From positions 5,792,001 to 5,856,000 of the forward strand of contig OZ242311.1 of assembly GCA_965207885.1 (NCBI GenBank): a stretch of 64,000 nucleotides of DNA, read 5' to 3'. Of this stretch, positions 35,969 to 46,495 are shown one piece after another. The position numbers were made by a program, and so were the translations under genes. This stretch comes from Candidatus Latescibacterota bacterium (GTDB taxonomy: Bacteria > Latescibacterota > UBA2968). The notes beneath the pieces are model-generated. The model was not told the origin of the DNA, ran no database searches, and was given only the letters and a program-made list of their open reading frames with translations. Position 1 is the stretch's first letter. Each line of letters starts with the position of its first letter.

Positions 35969-38434
35969 ATGAAAAAAAGCGTTCTATTCCTCCTGATCGG
36001 CATTTTTCTCTCAGCGACTGCATGGGCAGAAGGGGATGCGACATACAAAAACACCGTGCGGACGTTTCTGGCGCAGCGATGTTATAAATGCCACGGCGCA
36101 GAGCTTCAAAAAGCAGACCTGCGGTTTGACACCCTCACGTTGGATTTTCACAATGAAGATGTATTGCTAACGTGGCAAAATATCGCCGACATGTTAAACC
36201 TCGGCTTAATGCCGCCCTATGAAGAGCCGCAGCCCGAACTCGCGGAAATGATGCCCGTGATCGACTGGATCACCGCCTCGCTAAAAGCGCATTACGAAGC
36301 CGAAGAAAGCACGGGCGGACAAACGGTCTTGCGCCGGTTAAATCGGAACGAATACCGCAACACCATTCGGGATCTATTGCATCTGGACATGACCATATTC
36401 GACCCCACAGATGCATTTCCCCAGGACGATGAAGAACACGGATTCGACAACATCGGCAAAACCCTCGTCATGTCGGATTTCCTGGTCGAAAAATATCTCG
36501 ACGCCGCCGATCAAATCGTACAACGCGCTGTATTGCCCGGCCCACCGCCAGAAGTGAAAACACACGAATTCACCTTTCCCATCATGCGTGGGGCCGGTGG
36601 ATTTTTGACACCGGCGAGCCGCCGCTTGAAACAGGGATACGACGAGATATTCCGCCGACCCGACGACCGCTGGGGATATATGTCCATCGACAGATTCCGA
36701 AAAGGCGTACCGCATTCGGGAATGTACCGCGTTCGCGTTCGCGCATCTGCACACAACCAGCAACACCCCTATGACAAAGCACTGCGAACAGACGAAAATG
36801 AACCCATGCGCCTGGGCATTGTCGCCGCATCCGGGCGTTATGGCGACCTGCGGCAGAGCAACACATCGGATATAACACTGGCCGAATTTGAAATGATCGC
36901 AGATGGCAAACCCCGCGATTACGAACGCGAACTCTATCTGGACGAATCCTACGTGCCGCGCGTCACCTATCCAAACGGACCGATCTCCCTTTATTGGCGG
37001 AGCATTCTGAGGCGTTATCATCCCCAGCTATACGACAAAACAGACCGGCGCAAACTGTCTCAGAGAGAAGACCAAGAACTCGTACATCGGCAAACCGAAG
37101 TCGCAGTCATGAACTATCTGGGACCGAGCATTCGCATATACAAAGTCGAAATCGAAGGTCCCCTTTACGACCAGTGGCCCCCGCCTTCGCACACGAGTAT
37201 CTTTGGCAAGCGCGACCCCGACAAAATCAAACCGCGCGATATCCTGACCCGCTTTGCCACGCGCGCGTATCGCCGCCCGGTCAAACACAGTGAAATCGCG
37301 CACATCCTGCAACTGGTCGAACAACGAGAAAAAGCCGGTGCCTCGCGCGTTCAGGCCATCACAATGGGCTTAAAAGCCATCTTGTGTTCGCCCAATTTCC
37401 TCTATCTCTACGAAAACGAAGGCCAATTAGAAGACTACGCCCTCGCGTCCAAACTCTCGTATTTTCTCTGGTCATCCATGCCCGATGAAGAATTATTTGC
37501 GCTGGCAAAGAAAAAGCGATTGCACAAACCGGACGTCTTGCGCGCGCAAATCGATCGCATGTTAAAAGACGAAAAGGGGCAGGCATTTGTAGAGAACTTC
37601 ACAGAGCGATGGTTGGCCCTGTACAAAATCGGCGAAATGCCGCCCGACCCTCGCAATTTCCGACTGTACTATCAGGCGCATCTCGAAGACGCGATCAAAA
37701 AAGAAACCCACGCCTTCTTCCAGCACATCCTGGACAAAAACATGAGCATCGCGCATTTCATCGACTCGGACTTCACCTTCATCAACCGCGACCTGAGCTT
37801 GTTATACCGCATAGAAGGCGTAGAGGGCCGGGAATTTCGCAAAGTAAAACTCAACGACCCCAAACGCGGCGGCCTGTTGGGACACGCCAGTGTATTGACA
37901 GCAACATCGAACGGAATCGAAACATCGCCAGTAGTGCGCGGCGTATGGGTATTGGAAAACATACTGGGCACACCACCCCCGCCACCCCTGCCCGATATCG
38001 AACCACTTGAACCCGACATTCGGGGATCGACGACCATTCGCCAGCAACTGGCAAGCCACCGCGAAATCGCCACCTGTAACGAATGCCATCGCCACATTGA
38101 CCCCATAGGCTTTGCACTGGAAAATTTCAATCCCATAGGCGCGTGGCGATATGGTTACGGACCCAAGAAACCAAAAATAGATGCGTCAGATGTCCTGTCT
38201 GACGGCAGCAAATTCGATGGCCTTGTGGCCTTTAAGAAAATATTGATGCAAAAGAAAGATCAATTTGCCCGCTGCCTGACCGAAAAGATGCTCACCTATG
38301 CGACCGGGCGCACACTGGAAGCCACTGACCGCCCCGAAGTGGATCGCATCGTACACAACTTAAAAACACAGGGCTATGGCTTGAAAGACCTGGTCATGCT
38401 CGTGGCGACGAGTGAACCGTTCTTGACCAAATAG
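35969..38434 (+). CDS. DUF1592/DUF1588 planctomycete-type cytochrome c protein
   Basis: CYKCH and CNECH heme motifs; LRRLNRNEYRNTIRDLL; LSYFLWSSMPD; TSPVVRGVWV. Confidence 0.9.
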   Translation: MKKSVLFLLIGIFLSATAWAEGDATYKNTVRTFLAQRCYKCHGAELQKADLRFDTLTLDFHNEDVLLTWQNIADMLNLGLMPPYEEPQPELAEMMPVIDWITASLKAHYEAEESTGGQTVLRRLNRNEYRNTIRDLLHLDMTIFDPTDAFPQDDEEHGFDNIGKTLVMSDFLVEKYLDAADQIVQRAVLPGPPPEVKTHEFTFPIMRGAGGFLTPASRRLKQGYDEIFRRPDDRWGYMSIDRFRKGVPHSGMYRVRVRASAHNQQHPYDKALRTDENEPMRLGIVAASGRYGDLRQSNTSDITLAEFEMIADGKPRDYERELYLDESYVPRVTYPNGPISLYWRSILRRYHPQLYDKTDRRKLSQREDQELVHRQTEVAVMNYLGPSIRIYKVEIEGPLYDQWPPPSHTSIFGKRDPDKIKPRDILTRFATRAYRRPVKHSEIAHILQLVEQREKAGASRVQAITMGLKAILCSPNFLYLYENEGQLEDYALASKLSYFLWSSMPDEELFALAKKKRLHKPDVLRAQIDRMLKDEKGQAFVENFTERWLALYKIGEMPPDPRNFRLYYQAHLEDAIKKETHAFFQHILDKNMSIAHFIDSDFTFINRDLSLLYRIEGVEGREFRKVKLNDPKRGGLLGHASVLTATSNGIETSPVVRGVWVLENILGTPPPPPLPDIEPLEPDIRGSTTIRQQLASHREIATCNECHRHIDPIGFALENFNPIGAWRYGYGPKKPKIDASDVLSDGSKFDGLVAFKKILMQKKDQFARCLTEKMLTYATGRTLEATDRPEVDRIVHNLKTQGYGLKDLVMLVATSEPFLTK

Positions 38435-38458
38435 CCGCCAACTTTACATAAAGACAAA

Positions 38459-38499
38459 CAAAACCGCTCTGGTGTCATTCCAGAGCGGTTTTTTCTTTT
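38459..38499 (+). terminator. Rho-independent terminator
   Basis: AAAACCGCTCTGG-loop-CCAGAGCGGTTTTTT. Confidence 0.85.
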
Positions 38500-38510
38500 G
38501 TAAAAAAATG

Positions 38511-39708
38511 CATGGTACACGACAAAACTTAAATTGTTTTAAACAGTGGCGGATTACTCAGTAAACGAATGCATATGAGGAACTGTTGGGTTTGTTGGTT
38601 TATATTGAGCAGGACATACTGCAAATAGTCCAACCCATATCGGAAGAGACTTTTCTCCATCCGCCCGTGATTTTTGATCGTCAAAGGATTTGTTTTTGCT
38701 ATCCATTCGCCGATGATATGCGCCCAGATGCAGGCAATGGCCAAAAGCGCGATGAGTTTCTCAATGCGGTCTTGATGTATAAGATGGGTCTCTTCCAGAT
38801 TAAATCCTCGACTTTTAAGATTGGCAAAAAGGACTTCAATGCCCCATCGTTTTTTATAGGTATCCAATGCGGCTTGACCTTTTTGGTTGCTGGCAAGAAT
38901 GAGGTATTGGTCCTTCAATCTTAGTGCAGACAGATATACAGGCAGGTCATAAACGCGGTGGCGTTTGCACAAGTTGACCTGCTGATGGATATTAAGATTT
39001 TCAAACCGTTTTCTTATGGGGATCTCTCTACCGCCTGATGAGACAAGAGCGTTTTCCTTGATGCGAATAACAAAGGGTATATTTTGTGTGTCTAACCACC
39101 TAAACCATTCTCTTCCAATAAATTCTCTGTCTGCGACGACAACGCGGATATGCGATTTGCAGATGCAGTTGAGCATTTCTTGCATCAAATGGATACGCTC
39201 ATCACTATTGGAATTGCCCCGTTTTTTTAACAAGTGCCAACAGATAGGAAAGGCGACCCCTTCATAGATAATGCCTGCGGTTAGGATGTTGATATTGAAT
39301 TTTCCCAACTTCCAATTGGTGCGATCTATTGAGACTATAAAATCCGACTTTATAGGTAATAAGTGCAAGATCAATTGTCTCACACACGCATAGGGTAAGG
39401 CAAAGTGGGCAAAGAAGCGTTGGATACGACGATAATTAGATTTCTGCTTGACGGTTCCATTGAGTGCGTTTGCCAGTTTCATAAAATTGACGCTACGCAA
39501 TTTTATCAGCGACAATATGAACGCAGCGGTAAACGTTATTCGGGCTTTATGCCAGTGAAAATATCCTTGCATAATCGTTTGAAGTTCAATAGTTTCAGGA
39601 GACATAGACCTGTGCCTTGTTAAGATGAGAAAGGTTTGTCTTGGGACATTCAAACCTAACTCTTTTTAGCTTTTTTCACAGGTCTTTTATTTTTTGTCGT
39701 GTACTATG
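38511..39708 (-). mobile_element. IS4-family insertion sequence, copy 2 (1198 bp, apparently identical to copy 1)
   Basis: Same IRs and identical translated transposase; 9-bp flanks AAAAAAATG / GAAAAAAAT do not form an exact TSD. Confidence 0.95.
38529..39653 (-). CDS. IS4-family DDE transposase
   Basis: Identical protein to 21848..22972. Confidence 0.93.
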   Translation of the reverse strand: MNVPRQTFLILTRHRSMSPETIELQTIMQGYFHWHKARITFTAAFILSLIKLRSVNFMKLANALNGTVKQKSNYRRIQRFFAHFALPYACVRQLILHLLPIKSDFIVSIDRTNWKLGKFNINILTAGIIYEGVAFPICWHLLKKRGNSNSDERIHLMQEMLNCICKSHIRVVVADREFIGREWFRWLDTQNIPFVIRIKENALVSSGGREIPIRKRFENLNIHQQVNLCKRHRVYDLPVYLSALRLKDQYLILASNQKGQAALDTYKKRWGIEVLFANLKSRGFNLEETHLIHQDRIEKLIALLAIACIWAHIIGEWIAKTNPLTIKNHGRMEKSLFRYGLDYLQYVLLNINQQTQQFLICIRLLSNPPLFKTI

Positions 39709-39898
39709 GAAAAAAATAAAGAAATATCGAGTTTATCTCTGTTTAATCTTTTTGAAATAATTTGAATGTAACTTTTTGCCCGTCACAATGACCATATTGA
39801 GTATTACTTTGTTGAAAGGAGGCTTTTTGTAGTCTAACCTATTCGTTAAGAAGATTTTGTTTTTTCGAGGAACCACACACAATGGAGGTATTACACGT

Positions 39899-41164
39899 AT
39901 GAAAAAGTTTTTGAATATTTTGTTTGCCGCTGCACTGCTATGCACCACGGGTCTTTCTGTTCACGCAGAGGAGACTGTTAAACTCGGCGTGTTGCACTCT
40001 CTGAGCGGGACTATGGCGATCTCTGAGGTTTCACTGCGCGATGTCGTGCTTATGGCTGTTGGAGAGATCAATGCCAGTGGCGGCGTGCTGGGTAAGAAGA
40101 TTGAACCCGTGGTTGTCGATCCGGCATCGGATTGGGATCTGTTTGCCGAGAAAGCCAAAATGCTGCTTCGGGAAGAAAATGTCGCTGTGACTTTTGGTTG
40201 CTGGACTTCGGTTTCGCGCAAGTCTGTTTTGCCGGTTTTTGAAGAGAGCAATGGTTTGCTCTTTTATCCGGTTCAATACGAAGGGGAGGAGTGTTCTCGC
40301 AATATCATTTATACCGGTGCTACGCCCAACCAGCAGTTGATTCCCGCTGCTGAATATCTGATGAGTGAAGAAGGGGGCAGTTATAAGAAGTTTTATTTGC
40401 TGGGTACGGACTATGTTTTTCCGCGTACTGCGAATAAGATTCTTCGCGCTTTCTTGCTGCACAAGGGTGTGCCCGAAGAAAATATTATTGAAGAATATAC
40501 GCCTTTTCACCATCAGGACTATCAGACCATAGTCCAGAAGATCAAGCGCTTTGCCGCAAATGGCGACGCCGCTGTTTTATCTACTATTAATGGCGATTCC
40601 AATGTTCCGTTCTATAAGGAATTTGCCAATCAGGGTCTCACATCGGCGATGTGCCCGATTATGGCGTTTTCTGTTGCTGAAGACGAGTTGCGCTCGATGG
40701 ATACGGAGTTTCTCGTTGGTCATCTGGCTGCCTGGAATTATTTCCAATCTATTTCCTCTGCGGACAATCGCGCGTTTGTGAAGAAATTTAAGGATTATTG
40801 CGCGGCAAATGGGTTGCCCGGTGGTGCCAAGCGGGTTACTGACGATCCCATTGTGTGGTCTTATGTGGGTGTTTATCTGTGGAAAGCTGCTGTGGAAAAA
40901 GCCGGTTCTTTTGATGTTGATGCCGTGCGTCCCGCGCTTTACAGCCTCAAGTTTGACGGTCCGGGGGGTACGGTGATGATGGATCCGGTGAATCACCATT
41001 TGCACAAGCCCGTGCTGATTGGCGAGATCCGCAAGAACGGTCAATTCAAGATTGTATATGAGACCGATGGCCTCGTTGCTCCCGATCCCTGGGACGATAT
41101 CACGAGTGCGGACAAAGATTGCGATCATGTCAAGTACATGGGAACCTATATGCTGGGTCAGTAA
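39899..41164 (+). CDS. urtA: Urea ABC transporter substrate-binding protein
   Basis: GVLHSLSGTMAISE, FGCWTSVSRK, YPVQYEGEE; GGAGG RBS before ATG 39899. Confidence 0.95.
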   Translation: MKKFLNILFAAALLCTTGLSVHAEETVKLGVLHSLSGTMAISEVSLRDVVLMAVGEINASGGVLGKKIEPVVVDPASDWDLFAEKAKMLLREENVAVTFGCWTSVSRKSVLPVFEESNGLLFYPVQYEGEECSRNIIYTGATPNQQLIPAAEYLMSEEGGSYKKFYLLGTDYVFPRTANKILRAFLLHKGVPEENIIEEYTPFHHQDYQTIVQKIKRFAANGDAAVLSTINGDSNVPFYKEFANQGLTSAMCPIMAFSVAEDELRSMDTEFLVGHLAAWNYFQSISSADNRAFVKKFKDYCAANGLPGGAKRVTDDPIVWSYVGVYLWKAAVEKAGSFDVDAVRPALYSLKFDGPGGTVMMDPVNHHLHKPVLIGEIRKNGQFKIVYETDGLVAPDPWDDITSADKDCDHVKYMGTYMLGQ

Positions 41165-41215
41165 AAATTTGGGCGGGGCTACTGGATTGCTCCGCCCGCA
41201 AAACAGGAGAAAAAA

Positions 41216-42115
41216 ATGAAAAAACTGTTGTTGCTTCTCGCGCTGCTGGCTTTTTCCGCCACTTCGTCATTCGCTCAGATCAAAATTACAGATAACCTCA
41301 CGGTTATGGGATTTTTTGATATGTCGTCAACGTATGATACGGCAACCAAATCCAATAGTCTGTCTTTTGATCAGTTTGAAGTTGACTTTATTTACAATTA
41401 TGGACACGGGCTGTCAGCCCAGGCCGATATCAATAGCCTCAGTGGTGGCTCTGTTGATCTCGAGCAGGCTTTTGTGACTTACAAAGCGCCGAATGGCGTT
41501 AGCATTACGGGCGGTAAATTTTTGAGTTGTTCGGGTTGGGAGACTGCAGAACCCACAGGTTTGTATCAATATTCTTATTCTGCTACACTTGTTTATGGTG
41601 GTTATCAAAATGGCGCTGCTGTGGGTTTTGGCAATGGCAAAGTCGGCTTTTTTGGCTCTGTTGTCTCCAGCGTGTGGGATGGGACCGATACCAGTTTTGA
41701 CGATCTGGGTTTTGAAGCACAGGTTGCTTTTACACCTGTTGAAGCATTTACGGCGAAGGTCGCGTATCTCTGGGAAGATATGGGTGGTTTTGAACAGTCG
41801 CTCGTCAATGCCTGGGGAATGTATGCCACGGGTCCCGTGACACTGGCTGCGGAATACAACTATCTGGCGAACTGGGGGGAAAGTGGCAATAGTGGCTATG
41901 GCTGGATTTTAATGGGTAATATGGCTTTGTCCGACAAGGTCGGTGCGACTGTGCGCTATAGCGGTCTGGATACAGATGCCGATGGAAAGTTTACGGAGAT
42001 TACCTTTAGTCCCAGTTATACGATTACCGATAACTGGGGTGTGTTGGCCGAATTGCGCCGCGATATTGATTCCGAAGTAACCCTGTTTGCTTTTGAATCT
42101 ATTTTTACGTTTTAA
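41216..42115 (+). CDS. Outer-membrane porin (putative urea/amide channel)
   Basis: Signal peptide, LEQAFVTY, GKFLS..GWE, amphipathic strands, terminal Phe; lies inside the urt operon. Confidence 0.8.
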   Translation: MKKLLLLLALLAFSATSSFAQIKITDNLTVMGFFDMSSTYDTATKSNSLSFDQFEVDFIYNYGHGLSAQADINSLSGGSVDLEQAFVTYKAPNGVSITGGKFLSCSGWETAEPTGLYQYSYSATLVYGGYQNGAAVGFGNGKVGFFGSVVSSVWDGTDTSFDDLGFEAQVAFTPVEAFTAKVAYLWEDMGGFEQSLVNAWGMYATGPVTLAAEYNYLANWGESGNSGYGWILMGNMALSDKVGATVRYSGLDTDADGKFTEITFSPSYTITDNWGVLAELRRDIDSEVTLFAFESIFTF

Positions 42116-42208
42116 CTTGAAAAAGCACACCGCAAAAGAGGGATGCCGCTTTCCTCTGGTTCTCTCCCAGGTGGGCGGTGTCTCTCGCTGTGGTGGTGAC
42201 TTAAACGC

Positions 42209-43882
42209 ATGAAAATAAAACGCCACAATTTTTTGCGCTCTATCTGCGCGCTGGTTTTCATTCTGGGCGCATCTTCCGTCCATGCACAGATGGATCACCA
42301 GTTACAACTCGGGCGCATTGTTAGCAATAACCGCGATAGTATCACAACGGCTGTCAGGGCTATTTCAGATGCGAAAGATGTCGCTTATTATGCCCTGATG
42401 GTCGCGCTTTTCAATGGTGAACTCTATCTGAAGAATAATGAGCTCGTCATTATCGGCGAAATGCAAGAAGACGATTATGGCGATACCTTCGCCCCGCTCT
42501 ATACCGCCTATCCCAAACGCCATCCCATTTTGGACGACGAGGGCAAGCCCCTCATCGCTCCGCTGATCGATCTTGAAGAGATTGATAGCAACCGTCGCAT
42601 CCGCTCGTTTATCCAACCCTATCTCACGCAGATGGAGATTTTTCATCCAGATCCCGGCAAGCGCCGCATTGCTGTAGAAACGCTGGGCAATCGCGGTGAT
42701 CTGGGCGCGGTCCCCATGCTGCGAGATGCTCTGGAGAAAGAAACGGATAGCAGTATTCAAAGTCTGATCCGCGTTGCTCTGGGCAAGCTCGAACTCACAC
42801 ATCCCGGTCCCGAAGTTCGTCTCAATGCGGCTAAAGCGCTGGGTGAACTCAATAATACATTTGTTCTTTCTTTTTTGCGCGCGCGCGTTGAACCCGATGC
42901 CGATGGGAATATTGCTGAGTCAGATCCGGCGGTTCAGAACGAGATACGAAATGCGATTCAGGAGTTGGAGACGTTTAACCAGATTATGGTGGTGATCCAG
43001 ACCGCTTTTGTCGGTCTCAGTCTGGGATCTATTTTGATTCTGATTGCGCTTGGTCTGGCGGTTATTTATGGGCAGATCGGTATTATCAATATGGCGCACG
43101 GCGAGTTTATGATGGTTGGGGCTTATTTTACGTTTATTGTTCAGAATATTTGTATGATTGTCCTGCCCGCTGCGTATATCGATCTGTTTTTTCTGCTGTC
43201 TTTGCCGGTTGCATTTCTCGCGGCTGGCAGTATGGGTTTGCTTGTGGAGTCTCTGGTTATTCGCCGTCTTTACAATCGTCCGCTCGAGAGTTTGCTGGCT
43301 ACATGGGGGATTGGTCTTATTCTGGTGCAACTCGCGCGTACGATTTTTGGCGATCTCACGGCTGTCAAGCTGCCCCAGATTCTAAGTGGTGGTTTTGAAT
43401 TGGCACCGCAGGTTATGTTGCCGTATAACCGGATCTTTATCATTGGTCTCACGGCTGTTATTCTGGTTGGTCTGGTCGCGTTTTTCTTTAAGACCCGGTT
43501 TGGTCTTCGGTTGCGCGCGGTTACACAAAACCGCGAGATGAGTGCTTGTATGGGTGTTCCCACCCGTCGCGTTGATGCGATTGCGTTTTTTATCGGTACG
43601 GGTATCGCAGGGATCGCGGGATGGGCTATGACGCTTATTGGCAATGTCGTGCCGAATATGGGGCAGACGTATATTGTCGATGCTTTTCTCGTGGTTGTCG
43701 TTGGCGGTGTTGGAAAAATTTTGGGGACTATTGTGGCGGGTCTCGGTATTGGCGTTTCCAATAAGGTTATTGAACCCTTTGCTGAGGCTGTTTATGCCAA
43801 GGTTCTCATTTTGGGTCTTATTATCCTCTTTTTACAGTTGCGTCCCACAGGCATCTTTCCCGCGAGGGGGAGAGACGAATAG
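42209..43882 (+). CDS. urtB: Urea ABC transporter permease with N-terminal HEAT-repeat region
   Basis: GLSLGSILILIALGLA..G..INMAHGEF; RPLESLLATWG. Confidence 0.93.
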   Translation: MKIKRHNFLRSICALVFILGASSVHAQMDHQLQLGRIVSNNRDSITTAVRAISDAKDVAYYALMVALFNGELYLKNNELVIIGEMQEDDYGDTFAPLYTAYPKRHPILDDEGKPLIAPLIDLEEIDSNRRIRSFIQPYLTQMEIFHPDPGKRRIAVETLGNRGDLGAVPMLRDALEKETDSSIQSLIRVALGKLELTHPGPEVRLNAAKALGELNNTFVLSFLRARVEPDADGNIAESDPAVQNEIRNAIQELETFNQIMVVIQTAFVGLSLGSILILIALGLAVIYGQIGIINMAHGEFMMVGAYFTFIVQNICMIVLPAAYIDLFFLLSLPVAFLAAGSMGLLVESLVIRRLYNRPLESLLATWGIGLILVQLARTIFGDLTAVKLPQILSGGFELAPQVMLPYNRIFIIGLTAVILVGLVAFFFKTRFGLRLRAVTQNREMSACMGVPTRRVDAIAFFIGTGIAGIAGWAMTLIGNVVPNMGQTYIVDAFLVVVVGGVGKILGTIVAGLGIGVSNKVIEPFAEAVYAKVLILGLIILFLQLRPTGIFPARGRDE

Positions 43883-43894
43883 ACGAGATATTTT

Positions 43895-44989
43895 ATGACC
43901 TATTACCGTCCTATCATTGTATTCCTGCTCTTTGGCATTGCCGCGCCCGTGCTCAATGCCATGGGGTTGCTTTCTGATACGACGTTGAATCTCTGGGGTC
44001 GCTATTTTTGTTTTGCGATTGCCGCACTGGGGATTGATCTAATCTGGGGATATACGGGTATTCTGTCGCTGTGTCAGGCGTTCTTTTTTTGTTTGGGTGG
44101 GTATGCGATTGGGATGCACATGCTGCTCAAGACGGGTACGCAAGGGGTTTATGGGAGTACGTTGCCGGATTTTATGGTGTGGAATCGCGTGGAACAATTG
44201 CCGATTTTTTGGGAGCCTTTTCACACTTTTACATTTGCGTTTATTCTGGCGCTTATGATTCCGGCGATTATTGCGCTCATTTTTGGGTTTCTGGCTTTTC
44301 GCAGCCGGCTCCAGGGGGTTTATTTTGCGATTATTACGCAGGCGCTTGCCCTGGGGGTCTGGCTCATTTTTTTGCGGAATGAAACCATGCTCGGCGGTAC
44401 CAATGGGCTGACGGATTTTAAGACGTTGCTCGGTTTTGAGCTGGCGGATCCGGCGAGTAAACGCGGTCTTTATGTTATTGCTTTTGTCACGCTTTTTGTT
44501 TCCTATTTTTTGTGCCGCTTTGTGGTGAAATCCAAGCTCGGGCGCGTGCTTATTGCGGTTCGTGATAGTGAGCATCGGTTGCGTTTTATCGGCTATCGCG
44601 TTATGAGCTACAAGGTATTTATTTTTGTGATGGCCAGTATGCTCGGTGCTCTGGGTGGGTTGCTCTATGTGCCTCAGACCGGGATTATTACACCGGGTCG
44701 GATGGATGTGCAGGCTTCTATTGAGATGGTGATATGGGTTGCTGTTGGCGGGCGGGGGACTCTGATTGGTCCCATTGTTGGCGCGGTTCTTGTGAATCTT
44801 CTCTACAGTTTTTTGACGGGTGCGTTCCCCGGTACCTGGCTCTATTTTTTGGGATTCCTTTTTATCGGCGTTGTGCTCTTTTTTCCCGATGGTCTCATTG
44901 GTCTGCGGTCTAAGATAAAGCTAAGTAGTTTGAAGCGATTCTTGCCCACACGCATCCCAGCACCTGTACCTGCTGAAAGCCAGGATTGA
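43895..44989 (+). CDS. urtC: Urea ABC transporter permease
   Basis: DLIWGYTGILSL, GVYFAIITQA, GGTNGLTDF, VAVGGRGTL. Confidence 0.93.
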   Translation: MTYYRPIIVFLLFGIAAPVLNAMGLLSDTTLNLWGRYFCFAIAALGIDLIWGYTGILSLCQAFFFCLGGYAIGMHMLLKTGTQGVYGSTLPDFMVWNRVEQLPIFWEPFHTFTFAFILALMIPAIIALIFGFLAFRSRLQGVYFAIITQALALGVWLIFLRNETMLGGTNGLTDFKTLLGFELADPASKRGLYVIAFVTLFVSYFLCRFVVKSKLGRVLIAVRDSEHRLRFIGYRVMSYKVFIFVMASMLGALGGLLYVPQTGIITPGRMDVQASIEMVIWVAVGGRGTLIGPIVGAVLVNLLYSFLTGAFPGTWLYFLGFLFIGVVLFFPDGLIGLRSKIKLSSLKRFLPTRIPAPVPAESQD

Positions 44990-44990
44990 T

Positions 44991-45743
44991 ATGATTTTTG
45001 ATCCGGTTCTGCTGACTGTTGAAAATTTGCGCGTGTCTTTTGATGGATTTGTTGCGCTCGATATAGACGAGTTTGTCCTGCACGACCGCGAATTGCGCGT
45101 TGTTATTGGTCCAAATGGTGCGGGTAAGACCACTTTTCTCGATGTTTTGTGTGGGAAGACCAGACCCGATCGCGGCAGTGCGCGTTTTGAGAAGTTCGAT
45201 CTCACGCAGATGAGCGAAGATGCGATTGTCAAGGCGGGTGTTGGTCGCAAGTTTCAAACGCCGTCTGTTTTTACTTCTCTTACGGTGTACGAGAATTTGA
45301 TGCTCGCGCTCAAGACTGACCGCACGGTTCTCTTTTCGCTTGTTTCGCGTCTGTCGGATAAGAATCGCGATCGCATCCAGGCTGTTGCAGAGCAGACGGG
45401 TTTGGCTGACCATCTGCATACGGTTGCCGATGCGCTTTCGCACGGGCAAAAACAGTGGCTCGAGATTGCAATGGTTATTTTGCAAGATCCCGAGCTTTTT
45501 TTGATTGATGAACCCGCTGCTGGTATGACGGATGAAGAGACGGTTAAGACGGGGGAACTTCTCGAACGTCTGACGATGAATCACGCGATTATTGTTATTG
45601 AGCACGATATGGAGTTTGTGAGACAGATCGCCCGCACTGTTACGGTTCTCCACGAGGGCAAGGTGCTCGTTGAGGGACCGATGGATCAGGTGCAAAATGA
45701 TCCCCGGGTTATTGAGTGTTATTTGGGTAGTGCGCAGCATTGA
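44991..45743 (+). CDS. urtD: Urea ABC transporter ATP-binding protein
   Basis: VSFDGF, GPNGAGKT, GRKFQTP, LSHGQKQWLEI. Confidence 0.93.
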   Translation: MIFDPVLLTVENLRVSFDGFVALDIDEFVLHDRELRVVIGPNGAGKTTFLDVLCGKTRPDRGSARFEKFDLTQMSEDAIVKAGVGRKFQTPSVFTSLTVYENLMLALKTDRTVLFSLVSRLSDKNRDRIQAVAEQTGLADHLHTVADALSHGQKQWLEIAMVILQDPELFLIDEPAAGMTDEETVKTGELLERLTMNHAIIVIEHDMEFVRQIARTVTVLHEGKVLVEGPMDQVQNDPRVIECYLGSAQH

Positions 45744-45763
45744 ATGGATGGGATAGGATTTTA

Positions 45764-46483
45764 ATGACGACGATCACAGATACTGCACTTACCGTTCGAG
45801 GTCTGGATGTTTATTACGGCGAGAGTCTGATCTTGCGCGATATTGATATGGATATTCCCAGGGGGGCTATTGTGGCGGTTATGGGGCGCAATGGCGTTGG
45901 GAAGACGACGCTTATTAAGACGATCATGGGTTTGTTGCAACCTCGGGGAGGCGATATTCTGTTGAATGGTGAGGATATAACGGGGCAGGCACCGGATTTG
46001 CGGGCGCGCGCGGGTTTGAGTTATGTGCCGCAAGGGCGCGAGATTTTTCCCAGGTTGACGGTGTATGAGAATTTGCAAATTGGCCTGGAAGCGCGCACAG
46101 ATGGCCTTGCATCTCTGCCGGAGGATCTGATTTACGACCTTTTTCCCGTGTTGGCCGATATGCAAGATCGAATGGGGGGTAATCTCAGTGGTGGGCAGCA
46201 ACAGCAACTCGCCATTGCCCGTGCGCTCGTTGGCGATCCGGATATTCTCATTCTGGACGAGCCTACAGAAGGTATTCAGCCTTCGATTATTCTCGATATC
46301 GAGAATGTGTTGATTCATCTGAAGGATAAAGGGAATCTCACCATTATTCTGGTGGAGCAGTACTTTGATTTTGCCCGGCAGATTGCCGATTATTTCTATT
46401 TGATGGATCGCGGAACGGTTGCGTTGTGCGGTTCTGCGGATGAGCTGTCTGACGAGAGTATTAAGCAGTATCTCACGTTTTGA
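45764..46483 (+). CDS. urtE: Urea ABC transporter ATP-binding protein
   Basis: GRNGVGKT, YVPQGREIFP, LSGGQQQQLAIARAL, DEPTEGIQPS. Confidence 0.93.
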   Translation: MTTITDTALTVRGLDVYYGESLILRDIDMDIPRGAIVAVMGRNGVGKTTLIKTIMGLLQPRGGDILLNGEDITGQAPDLRARAGLSYVPQGREIFPRLTVYENLQIGLEARTDGLASLPEDLIYDLFPVLADMQDRMGGNLSGGQQQQLAIARALVGDPDILILDEPTEGIQPSIILDIENVLIHLKDKGNLTIILVEQYFDFARQIADYFYLMDRGTVALCGSADELSDESIKQYLTF

Positions 46484-46495
46484 GCAGGGATTTCC

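Noticed and set aside
21830-39708. Composite transposon formed by the two identical IS4 copies around ~15.5 kb
   Set aside because: Copy 1 has its own perfect 9-bp TSD on both sides, and the outer flanks of the pair do not match, so it inserted independently.
39768-39788. NtcA/GlnR/TnrA nitrogen box (TGTAAC-N9-GTCACA) upstream of urtA
   Set aside because: Spacing matches none of GTA-N8-TAC, TGTNA-N7-TNACA or GTNAC-N6-GTNAC; too weak to call.
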